A model generated the notes under the pieces. That model did no database searches and was not told where the DNA came from. It saw only the letters and a list, made by a program, of their open reading frames with translations. A DNA stretch of 4,041 nucleotides from a virus (Duplodnaviria > Heunggongvirae > Uroviricota > Caudoviricetes > Straboviridae). A program made the translations under genes and the position numbers. The stretch lies in IMG/VR virus record IMGVR_UViG_2636415500_000006. One strand, written 5' to 3'. This document shows, piece by piece, positions 1 through 4,041 of this stretch (position 1 is the stretch's first letter; each line of letters opens with the position of its first letter).

Positions 1-518
<518 letters not shown>

Positions 519-525
519 TCAGGGA

Positions 526-541
526 CTTGTTCGCACCTTCC
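526..541. repeat. IS5 16-bp terminal inverted repeat (cttgttcgcaccttcc; complement ggaaggtgcgaacaag)
   Basis: Exact 16-mer at 526-541 matches the IS5 end sequence as I recall it. It lies immediately upstream (on the minus strand) of the transposase start, as expected for an IS end. The partner repeat is outside the window. Confidence 0.85.
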
Positions 542-731
542 CAAGGGGAAAACGCACGACGTGCTGACCGGAAGTGATGACGGTCGCCACAGCAACACGT
601 CTCTGGCGTGGGGAGCTGGCGTGCAGTTTAACCCGACCGAATCCGTGGCCATTGATATTGCTTATGAAGGCCCCGGCAGTGGCGACTGGCGCACTGACGG
701 TTTCATCGTGGGTGTCGGTTATAAGTTCTGA
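542..731 (+). pseudogene. lomR: 3' fragment of a lom-family (Ail/Lom/OmpX-type) outer-membrane beta-barrel gene, truncated by IS5; last 62 codons plus stop
   Basis: In-frame translation from 543 reads KGKTHDVLTGSDDGRHSNTSLAWGAGVQFNPTESVAIDIAYEGPGSGDWRTDGFIVGVGYKF then tga at 729-731. This matches the C-terminus of lambda Lom as I recall it, including a C-terminal aromatic residue typical of outer-membrane beta-barrels. The signal peptide and N-terminal strands are absent; IS5 sequence lies directly upstream. Confidence 0.88.
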
Positions 732-757
732 TTAGCCAGGTAACACAGTGTTATGAC

Positions 758-784
758 AGCCCGCCGGTTCAGGCGGGCTTTTTT
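758..784 (+). terminator. Rho-independent terminator between the lom fragment and stf
   Basis: Perfect 7-bp GC-rich stem gcccgcc (759-765) / ggcgggc (772-778), 6-nt loop ggttca, followed by a run of six T (779-784). It sits 27 nt after the lom stop codon. Confidence 0.7.
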
Positions 785-785
785 G

Positions 786-793
786 TGGGGTGA
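786..793 (+). promoter_or_regulatory. Putative ribosome-binding site for the tail fibre gene
   Basis: Purine-rich ggggtga ends 2 nt before the ATG at 796, which is rather close spacing. The call is weak and positional only. Confidence 0.4.
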
Positions 794-795
794 AT

Positions 796-3700
796 ATGGC
801 AGTAAAGATTTCAGGTGTACTGAAAGACGGCACAGGAAAACCGGTACAGAACTGCACAATCCAGCTGAAAGCAAAACGTAACAGCACCACGGTGGTGGTG
901 AACACGCTGGCCTCAGAAAATCCGGATGAAGCCGGGCGTTACAGCATGGACGTTGAGTACGGTCAGTACAGCGTTATTCTGTTGGTGGAAGGATTCCCGC
1001 CGTCACATGCCGGGACCATTACCGTGTATGAAGATTCTCAACCCGGTACGCTGAATGATTTTCTCGGTGCCATGACGGAGGATGATGCCCGTCCGGAGGC
1101 ACTGCGCCGTTTTGAACTGATGGTGGAAGAGGTGGCGCGTAACGCGTCCGCGGTGGCACAGAACACGGCAGCCGCGAAGAAGTCAGCCAGTGATGCCAGC
1201 ACATCAGCCCGTGAGGCGGCAACCCATGCGGCTGATGCTGCGGACTCAGCACGCGCAGCCAGCACGTCAGCCGGACAGGCCGCGTCGTCGGCTCAGTCAG
1301 CGTCTTCCAGCGCAGGAACGGCATCAACAAAGGCCACTGAAGCATCAAAAAGTGCTGCCGCTGCAGAGTCCTCAAAAAGCGCGGCGGCCACCAGTGCCGG
1401 TGCGGCGAAAACGTCAGAAACGAATGCTTCAGCGTCACTACAATCAGCAGCCACATCTGCATCCACCGCGACCACGAAGGCATCAGAAGCTGCGACCTCG
1501 GCCCGGGATGCGGCGGCCTCAAAAGAAGCGGCAAAATCATCAGAAACGAACGCATCATCAAGCGCCAGTAGTGCAGCTTCCTCGGCAACGGCGGCAGGAA
1601 ATTCCGCGAAGGCGGCAAAAACGTCCGAGACGAACGCCAGGTCTTCTGAAACGGCAGCGGGACAGAGCGCCTCGGCTGCGGCAGGCTCAAAAACAGCGGC
1701 TGCGTCGTCTGCCAGTGCAGCGTCAACAAGTGCCGGGCAGGCCTCAGCCAGTGCCACCGCCGCCGGAAAATCGGCAGAAAGCGCCGCATCGTCTGCTTCA
1801 ACAGCCACAACGAAGGCTGGCGAAGCCACTGAACAGGCCAGCGCAGCAGCGAGGTCTGCTTCCGCAGCGAAGACATCCGAAACGAACGCGAAAGCGTCGG
1901 AAACAAGCGCAGAATCCTCAAAAACGGCTGCCGCATCGTCAGCCAGTTCGGCGGCGTCATCGGCATCATCGGCGTCTGCTTCAAAAGATGAGGCGACCAG
2001 ACAAGCGTCAGCAGCGAAGAGCAGCGCCACGACGGCATCCACGAAGGCGACAGAGGCTGCTGGCAGTGCGACGGCGGCAGCTCAGAGCAAAAGTACGGCG
2101 GAATCCGCGGCAACGCGCGCCGAGACAGCAGCTAAACGGGCAGAGGATATTGCATCCGCCGTGGCGCTTGAGGATGCAAGTACGACGAAAAAGGGGATAG
2201 TACAGCTCAGCAGTGCGACCAACAGTACGTCTGAAACGCTGGCGGCAACGCCAAAGGCAGTAAAATCAGCCTATGACAATGCAGAGAAACGTCTGCAGAA
2301 AGACCAGAACGGCGCTGATATACCCGATAAGGGATGCTTCCTGAACAACATTAACGCGGTCAGTAAAACAGACTTTGCTGATAAGCGTGGTATGCGTTAT
2401 GTGCGGGTTAACGCTCCTGCAGGTGCAACATCTGGAAAATATTACCCTGTTGTTGTTATGCGTTCTGCTGGCTCAGTAAGCGAACTGGCATCAAGAGTCA
2501 TTATCACCACGGCAACGCGAACCGCAGGCGATCCGATGAATAACTGCGAGTTTAACGGATTTGTTATGCCTGGTGGCTGGACTGACAGGGGGCGTTATGC
2601 TTATGGCATGTTCTGGCAATATCAAAACAATGAACGAGCCATTCACTCAATAATGATGAGTAATAAGGGCGATGATTTGCGCTCTGTGTTCTATGTTGAT
2701 GGCGCTGCTTTCCCTGTTTTTGCGTTTATTGAAGATGGCCTGTCAATATCCGCACCTGGTGCTGATCTCGTTGTTAATGATACGACCTATAAGTTTGGGG
2801 CAACAAATCCGGCGACTGAATGTATCGCGGCGGACGTTATCCTTGATTTTAAGAGTGGGCGTGGTTTTTATGAGTCTCATTCGTTAATCGTTAACGATAA
2901 CTTGTCGTGCAAAAAACTTTTTGCCACAGACGAAATTGTAGCGCGTGGTGGTAATCAGATTCGAATGATAGGTGGGGAGTATGGTGCATTATGGCGTAAT
3001 GATGGCGCTAAAACTTACCTGCTGCTTACCAATCAAGGTGATGTTTATGGTGGCTGGAATACATTAAGACCGTTTGCTATTGATAACGCAACCGGCGAAC
3101 TGGTTATTGGAACCAAACTGTCCGCAAGTCTGAACGGTAATGCATTAACAGCAACAAAGCTGCAAACGCCAAGACGGGTTTCTGGTGTTGAGTTTGATGG
3201 TTCCAAAGATATTACTTTAACCGCCGCGCATGTGGCTGCTTTTGCCAGAAGGGCAACGGATACATATGCCGATGCGGATGGTGGCGTTCCATGGAATGCC
3301 GAATCTGGCGCTTACAATGTCACCCGCTCTGGCGACAGCTATATTCTGGTTAACTTCTATACCGGAGTCGGAAGTTGCCGGACCCTGCAGATGAAGGCGC
3401 ATTACAGAAATGGTGGTCTGTTCTACCGTTCTTCAAGAGACGGTTATGGTTTTGAGGAAGACTGGGCAGAAGTTTATACCTCGAAAAATCTTCCACCAGA
3501 AAGCTACCCAGTCGGCGCACCAATCCCGTGGCCATCAGATACCGTTCCGTCTGGTTATGCCCTGATGCAGGGGCAGGCTTTTGACAAATCTGCTTACCCG
3601 AAACTTGCAGCCGCTTATCCGTCAGGCGTGATCCCTGATATGCGTGGCTGGACGATTAAGGGCAAACCTGCCAGTGGTCGGGCCGTATTGTCTCAGGAAC

Positions 3701-4041
3701 AGGACGGCATTAAATCGCATACCCACAGCGCCAGCGCATCCAGTACAGATTTGGGGACGAAAACCACATCGTCGTTTGATTACGGCACTAAATCCACGAA
3801 TAACACCGGGGCACATACACACAGTGTGAGCGGCTCTACAAACTCGGCTGGAGCACACACACACTCACTAGCCAACGTGAACACGGCTAGTGCTAACTCC
3901 GGTGCTGGTAGTGCATCAACAAGATTGTCTGTTGTGCATAATCAAAACTATGCAACATCATCTGCTGGCGCACATACCCACTCACTGTCCGGCACTGCTG
4001 CAAGCGCAGGTGCACACGCGCATACTGTCGGTATTGGTGCT
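796..4041 (+). CDS. stfR: Side tail fibre protein (lambda Stf homolog, Rac StfR-type); first 1082 codons, 3' end beyond the window
   Basis: ATG at 796 opens a frame that runs to the window end with no stop (3246 nt = 1082 codons). No complete frame-1 ORF is in the track, consistent with this. The N-terminus [26 protein letters not shown]... and the C-terminal stretch GAPIPWPSD...[32 protein letters not shown] match lambda Stf as I recall it. An Ala/Ser-rich stalk and His-x-His repeats are typical of tail fibres. Confidence 0.93.
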   Translation, partial: MAVKISGVLKDGTGKPVQNCTIQLKAKRNSTTVVVNTLASENPDEAGRYSMDVEYGQYSVILLVEGFPPSHAGTITVYEDSQPGTLNDFLGAMTEDDARPEALRRFELMVEEVARNASAVAQNTAAAKKSASDASTSAREAATHAADAADSARAASTSAGQAASSAQSASSSAGTASTKATEASKSAAAAESSKSAAATSAGAAKTSETNASASLQSAATSASTATTKASEAATSARDAAASKEAAKSSETNASSSASSAASSATAAGNSAKAAKTSETNARSSETAAGQSASAAAGSKTAAASSASAASTSAGQASASATAAGKSAESAASSASTATTKAGEATEQASAAARSASAAKTSETNAKASETSAESSKTAAASSASSAASSASSASASKDEATRQASAAKSSATTASTKATEAAGSATAAAQSKSTAESAATRAETAAKRAEDIASAVALEDASTTKKGIVQLSSATNSTSETLAATPKAVKSAYDNAEKRLQKDQNGADIPDKGCFLNNINAVSKTDFADKRGMRYVRVNAPAGATSGKYYPVVVMRSAGSVSELASRVIITTATRTAGDPMNNCEFNGFVMPGGWTDRGRYAYGMFWQYQNNERAIHSIMMSNKGDDLRSVFYVDGAAFPVFAFIEDGLSISAPGADLVVNDTTYKFGATNPATECIAADVILDFKSGRGFYESHSLIVNDNLSCKKLFATDEIVARGGNQIRMIGGEYGALWRNDGAKTYLLLTNQGDVYGGWNTLRPFAIDNATGELVIGTKLSASLNGNALTATKLQTPRRVSGVEFDGSKDITLTAAHVAAFARRATDTYADADGGVPWNAESGAYNVTRSGDSYILVNFYTGVGSCRTLQMKAHYRNGGLFYRSSRDGYGFEEDWAEVYTSKNLPPESYPVGAPIPWPSDTVPSGYALMQGQAFDKSAYPKLAAAYPSGVIPDMRGWTIKGKPASGRAVLSQEQDGIKSHTHSASASSTDLGTKTTSSFDYGTKSTNNTGAHTHSVSGSTNSAGAHTHSLANVNTASANSGAGSASTRLSVVHNQNYATSSAGAHTHSLSGTAASAGAHAHTVGIGA
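1141..2190 (+). repeat. 42-nt (14-codon) periodic Ala/Ser/Thr-rich repeat tract within the tail fibre gene (fibre shaft)
   Basis: The motif K-(T/S)-S-E-T-N-A begins at 1408, 1534, 1618 and 1870, with spacings of 126, 84 and 252 nt, all multiples of 42. T-T-K-A occurs at 1471-1482 and 1807-1818 (K codons 336 nt apart, 8 x 42). Chunking the protein in 14-residue blocks from [14 protein letters not shown] keeps these motifs in register. Confidence 0.75.

Noticed and set aside
1400-1900. Possible CRISPR-like or non-coding tandem repeat array suggested by recurring acgtc(a/c)ga(a/g)acgaa(t/c)gc motifs
   Set aside because: The repeats are imperfect, in frame, and have 42-nt periodicity with no uniform spacer/repeat architecture. 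They encode the KTSETNA units of the fibre shaft, so they are protein-level repeats.
1019-2200. Three long overlapping ORFs in the track (1019-2113 minus, 364 aa; 1190-2200 plus, 336 aa; 1293-2042 minus, 249 aa) plus 1038-1265 minus
   Set aside because: All lie inside the tail fibre frame (frame of ATG 796) in other frames or on the antisense strand. Their translations are extreme low-complexity (Arg/Pro/Gln-rich, Leu/Pro/Trp-rich, Ala/Asp/Phe-rich), as expected when a GCN/TCN/AGC-rich repeat tract leaves no stop codons. No start-site context or recognisable similarity supports them.
2672-3864. Small ORFs 2672-2887 (+), 3217-3402 (-), 3350-3535 (-), 3622-3864 (-) and 3644-3829 (+)
   Set aside because: Each is embedded out of frame or antisense within the strongly supported tail fibre CDS, is 61-80 aa, and has low-complexity or Cys/Arg-rich composition with nothing recognisable.

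Overview
This window is a lambdoid-prophage late/tail region, and I recognise all of it from memory as known elements rather than a new system. Bases 1-541 are the right-hand part of an IS5 insertion sequence (transposase N-terminus on the minus strand, 16-bp terminal inverted repeat at 526-541). IS5 has inserted into a lom-family outer-membrane protein gene, leaving only its last 62 codons (542-731). A clean intrinsic terminator (758-784) follows, then a long side-tail-fibre gene of the lambda Stf / Rac StfR type starts at 796 and runs open to the window end (1082 codons, no stop). The arrangement matches what I recall for the E. coli K-12 Rac prophage (IS5-split lomR followed by stfR), but that needs a database search to confirm. 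The two real long genes are missing from the ORF track because each runs off a window edge. The large ORFs the track does list at 1019-2200 are alternate-frame artefacts of a GC-rich Ala/Ser repeat tract inside the fibre gene. Worth a second look: the 42-nt periodic repeat tract, the mosaic structure of the fibre gene (a low-GC central module flanked by lambda-Stf-like ends), the His-x-His repeats at the fibre C-terminus, and the IS5-lom junction. I see no CRISPR array, RNA gene or defence-system signature, and no evidence for an undescribed system.
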